Below are positions 20,129 to 29,385 of a stretch of 64,000 bases of DNA, in pieces. The notes under the pieces were generated by a model. The model made no database searches and had not been told where the DNA came from. It saw nothing but the letters and a program-made list of their open reading frames with translations. The stretch lies in the NCBI GenBank assembly GCA_963663765.2, contig CAXXUA010000005.1, positions 1,152,001 through 1,216,000 of the forward strand, given 5' to 3'. The position numbers and the translations under genes are program-made. This DNA is from Candidatus Poribacteria bacterium (lineage in GTDB: Bacteria > Poribacteria > WGA-4E > WGA-3G). The first letter of the stretch is position 1, and the number at the start of each line of letters is the position of its first letter.

Positions 20129-21289
20129 TTATTTTGCTTTATTAAGATTTGAAATAGGTTTGTATAACATTTGGAAGACTTTGATATTACCTGCGTCTGA
20201 ATCGCTGACGAAAATGCGACCATCCTGTGAAACTGCAATTCCACAAGGTTTCATAAACGTCTTTGCAGTAAATTCCATAACAACGTTTCCTTCTGGTGTG
20301 AATATTTGTATCCTGCGATTTCCACTGTCTGTAACGTACAAATAATTGTATTCATCTATAGCAATCCTCTTCGGTTCTCTAAATTGACCGAGTTCACTGC
20401 CTTCCTCACCCCAGTAACGAATTGGATTCCCGCTGAAATCATAACTTATGATGCGGTTATTTCCTGTATCAGTCATAAAAATGGAACCGTTTGGGTTTAC
20501 CACAAGGTCGGTTGGATTCCATAACTGGTCTCGGCTGCGACCGAAACTTCCCTTAGTAAAAACATGAGCGTGATTTCTGTTAAATTGAAGCCAACGGTGA
20601 TTTAAGGTATCAATCACATAAACTTCACCATTACGTCCGATACCTGTACCTTCAGGACCGTCAAAATGTAGATCTTCTAAATTTGATGTGATTGGATAAA
20701 ACACCCTGTTAACAAGATTGCAGAACTGAATTCGATTGTTCCCTGTATCCGCTACATAGAGGTTCCCCATGTTAAGTGCTACATCGTTTGGAAAATCAAA
20801 TTCTCCTTCACGCCATCCAAAACTGCCGAATTCAGCGATGAAGTTACCATTTGCATCGATGACTTGAATACGATTGTTGCCTGCGTCCGCTACATATAGC
20901 TGTCCTAACGCATCTATTTCTAACCCCATAGGTGTCAAAAACTGACCAGCGGCTTGCCCCGAACGACCTAAAGTTTTGACAAAACTAACACCTAATATTG
21001 CTGGAGCAATACGTGGACGGATTGAGGGTACAGCATTTACATTCGGGGTAATAGGAGTACGTAAGACACCTCTATTATCAGCTTTGGGAACAGTGCAGCA
21101 TAAAAAACAACAATGAAAAATTACAAAAAGAAAATAACCACTCTGAATTGTTCTTAATGCTGTCGTTTTGAAACGTGACAAAAGGATATAGATTCTTGGA
21201 GAGTAATTAGCAATAACATGCGTTGTATCGGTATTAACGCTGAACTCTGAATTTGAAAACGAATGTTGATTGTTGATTATTGAATTCAC
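20129..21289 (-). CDS. NHL-repeat beta-propeller protein
   Basis: Six repeats of GQF..P.G...LYVAD.GNNRIQ type; true start probably downstream of 21289. Confidence 0.9.
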   Translation of the reverse strand: MNSIINNQHSFSNSEFSVNTDTTHVIANYSPRIYILLSRFKTTALRTIQSGYFLFVIFHCCFLCCTVPKADNRGVLRTPITPNVNAVPSIRPRIAPAILGVSFVKTLGRSGQAAGQFLTPMGLEIDALGQLYVADAGNNRIQVIDANGNFIAEFGSFGWREGEFDFPNDVALNMGNLYVADTGNNRIQFCNLVNRVFYPITSNLEDLHFDGPEGTGIGRNGEVYVIDTLNHRWLQFNRNHAHVFTKGSFGRSRDQLWNPTDLVVNPNGSIFMTDTGNNRIISYDFSGNPIRYWGEEGSELGQFREPKRIAIDEYNYLYVTDSGNRRIQIFTPEGNVVMEFTAKTFMKPCGIAVSQDGRIFVSDSDAGNIKVFQMLYKPISNLNKAK

Positions 21290-21902
21290 TTGTTACACCG
21301 GGAACAATAATACGTAGATCGTTAGATTTGGAACTACGTTTTGGAAAATAGACCATAAAATCAGATCTATGTTTTGGCATAATGGTAGTTTTTTTAAAGT
21401 CTTCGGTTGGCAGTACAGCATGGTCTCCTTGTATTCGGATTGCCTTATCATATCGGAATACATCAGCATTGAATTCGGGAGGTAGTTTCGGTTTCTTCTT
21501 CACATAAAATGATTCTTGGGATTTGTCTATCTGTTTTGTAATGTTCCCTGATTGGTCAAGCATCTTACAATCTTCTTTTTTGTAACTGATCCAATGATTA
21601 GTTTTATTGTAAAGAATTATTGCAAAAGCATCAATGTTCTTTACATCATTTAGAGGAACAGCTATTGCGACAATTCCATTTTTTTCATAAATTACTGCAC
21701 CTGATTGCGGTGTAATTGTTGCATTTGGATCAAAAACTGGAACTTTTAATTCTGGTCGGAAAAGGTCTTTCATGAAACCGCCAAATTTACCACATCCCGT
21801 CAAAGATATGGATGTTATTAACAGAATTGAAAGTAGTAGGATAGTTCTAAAAATCATAGTTGTATAGTATCGTATATTTTTCAATCTTCCGAAAAACGTC
21901 AT
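21234..21902 (-). CDS. Hypothetical lipoprotein
   Basis: Lipobox SLTGC after a hydrophobic stretch. Confidence 0.75.
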   Translation of the reverse strand: MTFFGRLKNIRYYTTMIFRTILLLSILLITSISLTGCGKFGGFMKDLFRPELKVPVFDPNATITPQSGAVIYEKNGIVAIAVPLNDVKNIDAFAIILYNKTNHWISYKKEDCKMLDQSGNITKQIDKSQESFYVKKKPKLPPEFNADVFRYDKAIRIQGDHAVLPTEDFKKTTIMPKHRSDFMVYFPKRSSKSNDLRIIVPGVTSEFNNQQSTFVFKFRVQR

Positions 21903-21926
21903 TTATTTGTGTTTCCTCCATTTTAC

Positions 21927-22898
21927 CTAACGTATGTTGTGTGCGAGCATAGCAGCACCGATGAGTCCTGCATCATTACCTAATTTTGCTGGGACAATTT
22001 CCATTTGACTGGGTATACCCATAGTGCGTTTTCTGAATTCTTCTCTGATATGCTGAAAGAGTAGTTTTTCTCCTGCTCCGGCAATTCCGCCTCCAATAAT
22101 TGCTATCTCGGGGTTTAGGATATGTGCGATTGATGTCAATGCTATTCCAATGAATCTTCCAGTTTCAGCAAATACTTCTTCAGCGAGTTTATCTCCTGCT
22201 TCAGCAGCAAATGCAATTTGCTTTGGAGTCAATACATCTGGGTTTAGACATGATTTCTGACCTGATGTTATGTTTTGACGTGTGCGTTGTACAATATGCT
22301 TTGCTCCTACATAAGCCTCAAGACATCCTCTATTACCACATCCACATTTACGACCATTCGGTTGTACGATGGTGTGTCCTAATTCCCCTGCAGAATTCCA
22401 ACTCCCATGGTATACTTTACGGTTGAGGACGATGCCCCCACCGACACCTGTCCCAAGTGTCAATCCAACAATGTTTTCATAACCTACCCCTGCACCATGA
22501 TATAGTTCCCCTAACACCATAGCATTTACATCGTTGTCAATATAGAGAGGAATTTTTATATTACCAAGTTCAGCAGCGACATAATCCAGTATAGGAATAT
22601 CAGACCAACCAGGAAAGTTCGGTGAAAAATGGATAATCCCTGATTCTGCAAGGATAAGTCCAGGTGAACCCAAACCGATTCCGATTATTTCATTTGTGGT
22701 CAGTTGATTATAATTAGTTTGGGATTGTATCTGTGAACAAACCTGAAGAATCATCTGTGTGATACGTTTTGCTATCGCTTTTGCGCCATCGTTCACATGT
22801 GTGGAAACGACTGTACGGTACATGAGTTTACCATCAGATGACAACACTCCTCCTTTGATATCAGTTCCGCCGAGATCAATTCCAATACTGTATTTCAT
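21927..22898 (-). CDS. ROK family sugar kinase (glucokinase-like)
   Basis: GIDLGGT, DNDVNA, GTGVGGG and ELGH...CGCGNRGCLE motifs. Confidence 0.93.
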   Translation of the reverse strand: MKYSIGIDLGGTDIKGGVLSSDGKLMYRTVVSTHVNDGAKAIAKRITQMILQVCSQIQSQTNYNQLTTNEIIGIGLGSPGLILAESGIIHFSPNFPGWSDIPILDYVAAELGNIKIPLYIDNDVNAMVLGELYHGAGVGYENIVGLTLGTGVGGGIVLNRKVYHGSWNSAGELGHTIVQPNGRKCGCGNRGCLEAYVGAKHIVQRTRQNITSGQKSCLNPDVLTPKQIAFAAEAGDKLAEEVFAETGRFIGIALTSIAHILNPEIAIIGGGIAGAGEKLLFQHIREEFRKRTMGIPSQMEIVPAKLGNDAGLIGAAMLAHNIR

Positions 22899-22972
22899 TT
22901 TTTTGTGTCAATATACGCATTAGTTATCAATTAAACGACATATATTGGAAAGTTATTGCGTGCTATTCCTTC

Positions 22973-24223
22973 CTAACTATGAGAAATCCAATTAATTTTT
23001 GCTCCATCTCCTACGTTGCAAATATAGATATCAGGTTTGATTCCGGTTCGTTTTACGTATTCTCTCATAACATTTTTCCGTAACTCGTCAACGACATCTT
23101 TTCTGACTAAATTTACAGTACATCCGCCGAATCCCGCTCCGGTCATTCTTGCACCAAGTACTCCATCAATGTTCTGTGCTATTTCTGTTAGTATGTCCAA
23201 TTCGTCGCAACTAACTTCATATAGGTCGCGCAATCCTGCATGTGAAGCATTCATTAGCGTACCGAATGTGTTTAAATTCTTTGATGTAAGTGCATCAACA
23301 GCATTCAGTACTCTTGTGTTCTCCTCAACGACATATCTACACCTCTTTTGTGTTATTTCTGGTAATTCTGCTTCATATTTTTTGAATTCATCCAGTGTAA
23401 CATCTCGGAGTGAAGTTATATTGGATAGCCATTTTTTTAGAATCTTAACTCCATTTTCGCATTCGGTACGCCGCTTATTGTATTCGGATGCGGCGAGTTC
23501 GCGTTTGACATTTGTATTACATATTACAATCTGAATGTTAGTTAGATTTAGCGGAATTTGTTTAAAATCTAAAGATCGGCAGTCTAAGAACAAGGCATGA
23601 TCTGCTCTTCCCAATAACGATATAGATTGGTCCATTATACCACAGTTGACACCTGCAAATTCATTCTCTGCACGTTGACATAGAGCAGCTAATTTCATTG
23701 GTGGAATTTCAATCAATTCCATCTTACTAACATTGTGATTTGATGCGTTTGAAATGGCTAATCCACTTGCAGCTAACAATGCATACGCTGATGCAACCTC
23801 AAGTGCAGCAGATGAACTTAGTCCTGCACCTATTGGGACATCTCCTGTAATTACAGCAGACAAACCATTTAGTGTATGTCCTGTATCATGCAAAATCAGT
23901 TCCTGCAAATAGTGTGCAACGCCTCTAATATAATTTGCCCAAATAGGTGTATTTTCTGCATCAATATGGTCCAAACTAAAGGTACATTCATCCTTCATAT
24001 CTAATGCGTGAAGGTGCACATTCCGGTCAGATCGTCTTCGAGTAGCAATATGGATGCATTTATCTATTGCGACTGGAAACACAAAACCGTCATTGTAATC
24101 TGTGTGTTCACCGATTAAGTTGACTCTTCCAGGTGCGGACGCAACAAATTCTGGTTCGCTACCAAAATGTCTTGTATATTCTTTGTTTAATCTCTCAATA
24201 GAAGTTGAATTTTTCTGGCTCAT
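22973..24223 (-). CDS. galK: Galactokinase
   Basis: APGRVNLIGEHTDYN, GAGLSSSAA, CGIMDQ and GARMTGAGFGG motifs. Confidence 0.97.
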   Translation of the reverse strand: MSQKNSTSIERLNKEYTRHFGSEPEFVASAPGRVNLIGEHTDYNDGFVFPVAIDKCIHIATRRRSDRNVHLHALDMKDECTFSLDHIDAENTPIWANYIRGVAHYLQELILHDTGHTLNGLSAVITGDVPIGAGLSSSAALEVASAYALLAASGLAISNASNHNVSKMELIEIPPMKLAALCQRAENEFAGVNCGIMDQSISLLGRADHALFLDCRSLDFKQIPLNLTNIQIVICNTNVKRELAASEYNKRRTECENGVKILKKWLSNITSLRDVTLDEFKKYEAELPEITQKRCRYVVEENTRVLNAVDALTSKNLNTFGTLMNASHAGLRDLYEVSCDELDILTEIAQNIDGVLGARMTGAGFGGCTVNLVRKDVVDELRKNVMREYVKRTGIKPDIYICNVGDGAKINWISHS

Positions 24224-24626
24224 AGGATAATACCGTTTCTAATTGATTTTATGGTATAGTATTTTAACTCAAGTTGCTTCAACACCCCTGGTTGATTCGG
24301 TTCCTAACCGAACATTTTGTCAAATTAATTCTAAAGTCTTCTATAGAATAGATTATTGCATTCAATTTGTCGTTAGTCCGAATTGTGCAAAACAGACCAC
24401 GTTGTCTGAAATAACATACCGTGATATGTTTTGCAAATTGGGTTTTAAATCAGTCGTAGTAAGGTCTGAAAGCGTTATTTTTCGAAAACGCAATGTCTCT
24501 TTGCGAGTTTCTTGTATATCTGTTTCCTATATGGTGTCGTTGCTTTTTGTTTTGTTCTTTTTTCTGTGAGGAATCACTGCCAATTGTTTGTGTATTTCTT
24601 GAGATTCCTAAGAATTTACTACTATC

Positions 24627-24689
24627 AAAACCGTACCGTACGGTTTTCTCGGTTTGCGGTACGGTTTTCTCGGTTTGCGGTACGGTTTT
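24627..24689. repeat. Palindrome plus 21-bp tandem repeat (2.5 copies)
   Basis: AAAACCGTAC-C-GTACGGTTTT overlapping GTACGGTTTTCTCGGTTTGCG x2 plus a partial copy. Confidence 0.85.
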
Positions 24690-24951
24690 AAAAAGGTGTT
24701 ATGCGTCCAGTATCTATAAGGCTTTATAGGGGTTTTTGTTGTGTTTTTTGGTGCGGTTTTTTTGTTTGTGTATTTTTTGTGTTTGGGTGTTGGTTTTGCA
24801 TAGTTTTTTGTTGTGTGCTTTTCTTATGTATATATTATATGTGATTTTTTATAGTTTTTGTAGTTTTTTGGGTCTCTGTTTATTGGGATTTCCAATATAT
24901 ATCCAATTGATCTCTATTGGGTTTTGACATACCTATGCACATACAAAGCAC

Positions 24952-24995
24952 TAAATCAAGAAATCAACGATATGAATGCGCAAATGGCATTCCCC
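24952..24995 (+). mobile_element. 44-nt hairpin micro-element inserted in a REP
   Basis: Removal restores ACAAAGCAC|GTCTACC..GTGAGAAATAT, matching the 9.7-kb REP. Confidence 0.75.
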
Positions 24996-25062
24996 GTCTA
25001 CCGAGTGAGAAATATACGATCACCATAAGCGCCAATTTAATAAAATATTGTTGTCATTTTCT

Positions 25063-25138
25063 CTTGTGGGAGGGGTTTTCAACCTCGATTTGAGCGGAAA
25101 TGCACAAAAAATTCGGGGTTGAAAACCCCTCCCACAAG
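25063..25138. repeat. REP doublet (REPIN-like inverted pair)
   Basis: CTTGTGGGAGGGGTTTTCAACC ... GGTTGAAAACCCCTCCCACAAG. Confidence 0.8.
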
Positions 25139-25316
25139 CGCTTAAATCCTTTCTAAAATCTTGTAGGTAGCAACTCAGGTTATTTTAAGTCGGAACGTGT
25201 GGAGCGACCTCTGACATATTAGATGCTATTTGGTTTACTATAATCGTAGGTTGTTCCGACCTACGAAAAAGAAAGAACTGTGGACTATCAATTAGAAATG
25301 GTATCACATCAAACTA

Positions 25317-26069
25317 TTAAGAAGCAGCAAAAAAACTTAGCAATCGTACTAACATTGTATGTAATTCGGGACGTGGAACATAGGAGTCCACACTAATGTC
25401 AGGAGTTATTTCCCGGTTTGTCTCTGGTAGGAGTTGTTCTTCTGGAGCATGAAGTGCGGGTTGTGGTTTGATGCGAGATATGTTATCTGGACGTGAAGCA
25501 CATTCTGCTATTACAATTTCACCTACAGGAAGAAATGAAGTCAGTCTCCCTATATCTGTTTCTGTTAACACAGTAAGATGTGGTATAGCAGCCTGTGATA
25601 GATCCTCTAAACCTAATAACAATGGAATAATGTCTGAAAATGTACATTGTGTTTCAATATCATTGACTGGAAAAATAGTGAGTAATGGTATAGTTTTCTT
25701 AATAGCACATTCAATTGACTCGGAAAATACTGCTAAATGCTGTTGTTGTAAGGTGGTATTAGAAGACAGAATAAACAGACTGACAGGATATTCTGCAATG
25801 CTTTCCTGAACAGCAAACACATCATTGCCATTCACATCTTGACTGTATATCTGATTTGATTCAGTATCAGTAGTCTCTGTGGTAGTCTGGTCGCCGATAA
25901 GGAGTTTTAGTCTATTCGCAATTGTCAAAGCAAATAGTTCTTTACATTTTGGACAGACAAAATCGTTACGTTCTAATTCACCGTGAAAAGATACCTCACC
26001 ACATTTGGGACACTTATGCCATAAACTTCCACTTTCTTCAATATTATTTGTGTTTCGTGCGGTTTCCAT
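25317..26069 (-). CDS. AccD-like zinc-finger protein with degenerate carboxyltransferase region
   Basis: LWHKCPKC...L..N.FVCPKC...RL.LL N-terminus as in AccD; GGSMG and SGGARMQE motifs absent. Confidence 0.65.
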   Translation of the reverse strand: METARNTNNIEESGSLWHKCPKCGEVSFHGELERNDFVCPKCKELFALTIANRLKLLIGDQTTTETTDTESNQIYSQDVNGNDVFAVQESIAEYPVSLFILSSNTTLQQQHLAVFSESIECAIKKTIPLLTIFPVNDIETQCTFSDIIPLLLGLEDLSQAAIPHLTVLTETDIGRLTSFLPVGEIVIAECASRPDNISRIKPQPALHAPEEQLLPETNREITPDISVDSYVPRPELHTMLVRLLSFFAAS

Positions 26070-26138
26070 ATTTAATCACTAATTACTTCTATTTACATTT
26101 AATCGTAATTTGCATAATTACAGAGATTTGTGTTGAGT

Positions 26139-26483
26139 TTATTGAAAACTGGCTAATGCCTCAACTTCTGTATCATACCGGTCAAATATTGTAACAAGTT
26201 TAGCCATAATAATAAGGCTTCTTATATTCCCACCGATATTCAGTAGCACCATTCTTCCCATGTATCGTCTGATGGAAGCATAGGCAGCGACTATCACGCC
26301 TAAACCGGAACTATCCATCATCTGTACACGTTCCAAATTTAATATCAAAAAGACCGGTTCTCCATCCGAATCTCGTATTAGGTTGTCAATAATATTCTTT
26401 AATGCAATTGTATTTGGACCAACAAGGTTGCCTTCAATATCTAATATAATTACTTTGTCATTATGCCGAAGGTTTACTTGCAT
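26139..26483 (-). CDS. STAS anti-sigma factor antagonist (RsbV/SpoIIAA-like)
   Basis: MMDSSGLG motif; start MQVNL after AGAAAGG RBS. Confidence 0.92.
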   Translation of the reverse strand: MQVNLRHNDKVIILDIEGNLVGPNTIALKNIIDNLIRDSDGEPVFLILNLERVQMMDSSGLGVIVAAYASIRRYMGRMVLLNIGGNIRSLIIMAKLVTIFDRYDTEVEALASFQ

Positions 26484-26637
26484 AATAACTCCTTTCTTTA
26501 CAAACACACTTTCTGAAAACACAACCGTTCACAAAAGATATGCTTTGATTATTCTACAAATCTATCGCGTATAACATCTTCTAACGTTCTTACCAGTCAA
26601 CTGAAGAGCTGCTTGCAAAAGGATTAGAAAATTGAAA

Positions 26638-27051
26638 TTACCTAAATTTTACCATTTTTATGATGGTTCCTTCAGCTTCGTATTCAACTTCATCCATACA
26701 AGCTTCCATAAGGAATAGTCCACGTCCACTACTCTTTAGTAAGTTTTCTGGATCAAGTGGATTTGCAACTTCTTCTCGTTCAAATCCTGGTCCCTCATCA
26801 GTAATAATTATGGTAAGTTTTTCATCGTCAATTAGAAATTCAAAAGTAGCGTTCTTATCGGTATCTTCTTTATTACCGTGTTTGATTGCGTTAGTACCTG
26901 CTTCAATGACTGCAAGGTTAACATGTTCCTGTACTTCTTCATCAAATTTCATTTCTTTCATGATGTCACTAATTACAGTATCAAGCAGATATATCAGTTG
27001 CATTGTGCTTGGGAGAGAAAGGAAGATTCTCAATTGTTTTTTCTCACCCAC
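26638..27051 (-). CDS. Anti-sigma factor Ser/Thr kinase (RsbW-like)
   Basis: EAGTNAIKHGN, DEGPGF and GRGLFLM motifs. Confidence 0.92.
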   Translation of the reverse strand: MGEKKQLRIFLSLPSTMQLIYLLDTVISDIMKEMKFDEEVQEHVNLAVIEAGTNAIKHGNKEDTDKNATFEFLIDDEKLTIIITDEGPGFEREEVANPLDPENLLKSSGRGLFLMEACMDEVEYEAEGTIIKMVKFR

Positions 27052-27193
27052 TTTTTTAACTCCTTCCTTGCATAAGCAAAACTACTGCGGTAAATCTTTT
27101 TACAAATATCCAAATCAATACATTGTCACATGTAGCAATTACTGTATTATATTATCAGTGTTTTGAGGTATTAGTTTTTATCTTTGGTATTTT

Positions 27194-28435
27194 CTAAACA
27201 TTGTTGCGTTTTATTACTACCACCGCTCTGTCATCCTTGAGCTGAGATGTTCCGCTGTGTTCAAATAGCGTATTTTGTAGGACACTACAAAGTGATTCGG
27301 CAGATATGGTAAGATTCTTTGAGAGACAGTTAATTAATCTGTCTTCACCAAAGAAATCGTTTGGCTTTCGTCCCTCAGTTTCTGTCACACCATCAGTATA
27401 AATTATTAGGACATCACCCGGTGAAATAGTACAAGTTTCATAAGTAAATGTTGCGATATCAAAGGCACCAATTAACATTCCGCCAGTTTCAAGTAAATGA
27501 ACTTTGCAATTATTTTGTAAACCTTTTTCAAAATTGTCTGTGTTTGGTATGAAATGGATTGGCGGACAGTGTCCTCCGTTTGAATAGGTGAATTTTCCTG
27601 TTTCTAATTCTAAAATCCCGTAAACCATTGTTGCGAATTGTTCAATATCTGTATTATGAAATAGTAATGTGTTTATGCGTTTTAGTACTGTTGCTGGTGA
27701 ATCTACCTCATTGCTTAGTAAACGCGAAGCAGTCTGAATCATGACCATCAATAGAGCTGCAGGAATACCGTGTCCTTTTACATCACCTAATACAATACCG
27801 AGTCGATTGTCACTGAGAGGGATGAAGTCGTAGAAGTCTCCAGAAACTGATGTTGAACTGCGAAAATAAGATGCAAAATCATATCCTTCAAAAGTAGGTG
27901 GTTTTTCGGGGAGTAACTTGAGTTGTATCTCTGCAGCGGCTTGAAGATGTGAACCGAGTTCAGCTACCCCTTCTTCGCTGAAACTGTCTCCCATTGCATT
28001 GATTAGGGGGTTGATGTATTTCACGGGACGCGTTCGTCCTAAAACCGCATTGATTCGTGCTGTCACCTCTCTTAAATCAAAGGGTTTTGTTATATAATCA
28101 TCGCCTCCATATTCCAAACCTTTCAATTTATCTTCAGTCTGCGATTTTGCTGTCAACCATAGGACAGGAATTGCCCGTGTATCTGTATCATCCTTCAACC
28201 GCTTGATAACTTCTAATCCATCCATTTGCGGCATCATAACATCAAGCAAAATCAGGTCAGGTTGTTCTGCTTTAGCGTTTTCAAGTCCACAGGGACCGTC
28301 ATTTGCTGTAATGACATTGAATCCATCGGAAGTTAAACTCATTTCCAGTAAAGCAAGTATATCAGGATCATCATCAATGACTAATATGGTTTCGATTGAT
28401 GGAGTTGAATCAGAGGTATATATTGTTTCGGTCAT
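27194..28435 (-). CDS. Response regulator receiver fused to PP2C/SpoIIE phosphatase (RsbU/RsbY-like)
   Basis: REC (DDD, LLDVMMP, KPF) plus SGDFYD, GDVKGHG, YTDG and DD motifs. Confidence 0.93.
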   Translation of the reverse strand: MTETIYTSDSTPSIETILVIDDDPDILALLEMSLTSDGFNVITANDGPCGLENAKAEQPDLILLDVMMPQMDGLEVIKRLKDDTDTRAIPVLWLTAKSQTEDKLKGLEYGGDDYITKPFDLREVTARINAVLGRTRPVKYINPLINAMGDSFSEEGVAELGSHLQAAAEIQLKLLPEKPPTFEGYDFASYFRSSTSVSGDFYDFIPLSDNRLGIVLGDVKGHGIPAALLMVMIQTASRLLSNEVDSPATVLKRINTLLFHNTDIEQFATMVYGILELETGKFTYSNGGHCPPIHFIPNTDNFEKGLQNNCKVHLLETGGMLIGAFDIATFTYETCTISPGDVLIIYTDGVTETEGRKPNDFFGEDRLINCLSKNLTISAESLCSVLQNTLFEHSGTSQLKDDRAVVVIKRNNV

Positions 28436-28512
28436 ATCTTTGCCTTAAGTATTCAAGTCAGAAATTTGGTTGACGTTTTCGCAGGTCATTGCGGTTTCCT
28501 ATCGTCAGAGTT

Positions 28513-29106
28513 CTATTGCTGGGAGGTAGCCTTTTTCCGCACATGCCAAATAGGATCCTGTAGTAAAAGCTGCCTTATACGATCACTGAATATTGCGTCT
28601 CTTGAGGCAATAGCCATGTGAAATGCCGCTTGTCTTATGTATGGGTCTTGATGTCGGCAGAATCGGTCAGTGATTTCTTTTGCGTCATCTGGATAAAGGC
28701 GTGCCAAGCTGAGGAGTGCTCGCCGCTTGCAGTAGTCGTCTGGATCTTGGAGTCCTTTTCTTAGGAGATTTTCCGTCTTCCGACCAGCGTAGCTAAGGAC
28801 ATCATACGCTTGCCATCGTGCACTTTGGTATTCCGAATCTATCAGCAAACGCAACACGTCCCAACATAGATCTATGTGGGTCCTTGCATATTCAGCAAGA
28901 TGTTCTCCTTCATCTGAAATTATCCAGCATTTGTCAACATACTGGATATACTTCCGGTTTAGAGTTTGCTGGGTCATTTCGTAAATAGCGGAGTCCATTA
29001 AGAGCATCCATCCAGGAAAACACTCTTGCCAACTATCATCGTTTTGGTCTGCAGTAATCGCCCACTTTTCCCATTCTTTGTATATTCTTTCAAGTTCGCT
29101 TGCCAT
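28513..29106 (-). CDS. HEAT-repeat-like hypothetical protein
   Basis: LQDPDDYCKRRAL, HQDPYIRQAA and LQDPIWHVRK helical repeats; AGGAG RBS. Confidence 0.7.
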   Translation of the reverse strand: MASELERIYKEWEKWAITADQNDDSWQECFPGWMLLMDSAIYEMTQQTLNRKYIQYVDKCWIISDEGEHLAEYARTHIDLCWDVLRLLIDSEYQSARWQAYDVLSYAGRKTENLLRKGLQDPDDYCKRRALLSLARLYPDDAKEITDRFCRHQDPYIRQAAFHMAIASRDAIFSDRIRQLLLQDPIWHVRKKATSQQ

Positions 29107-29189
29107 CGAATATTCTCCTGGTGGAGGTCACATATAGTCCAATTATTACTCCGAAGTCTACATTTTCCTGCAAATTCTTTTGAATTATA

Positions 29190-29354
29190 CAGGACTTACG
29201 CAGTTTTCACAATTTAATCAAGAATAGTGTTGAAAATGATGTAATTTTCAACATTATTTGTGTTTCCAGCGCCAAATCAAGAAATCAACGGTATGAATGC
29301 CTTTTGGCATTCCCCGCCTACAAAGCGCGCCTACCGTTGGGTGCGTAAGTCTTG
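29190..29354. mobile_element. MITE family with CAGGACTTACGCA TIRs, containing a REP and a micro-element
   Basis: CAGGACTTACGCA ... TGCGTAAGTCTTG; related ends at 41123, 43514 and 55591. Confidence 0.7.
29273..29315 (+). mobile_element. 43-nt hairpin micro-element inserted in a REP
   Basis: Removal restores AGCGC|GCCTACAAAGCGCGCCTACC. Confidence 0.75.
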
Positions 29355-29385
29355 TTATTATTTAACGTTGTAAAATTAAAGTCTC

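Noticed and set aside
24243-24927. Three hydrophobic plus-strand ORFs
   Set aside because: They result from the T-rich skew; no RBS or recognisable motifs.
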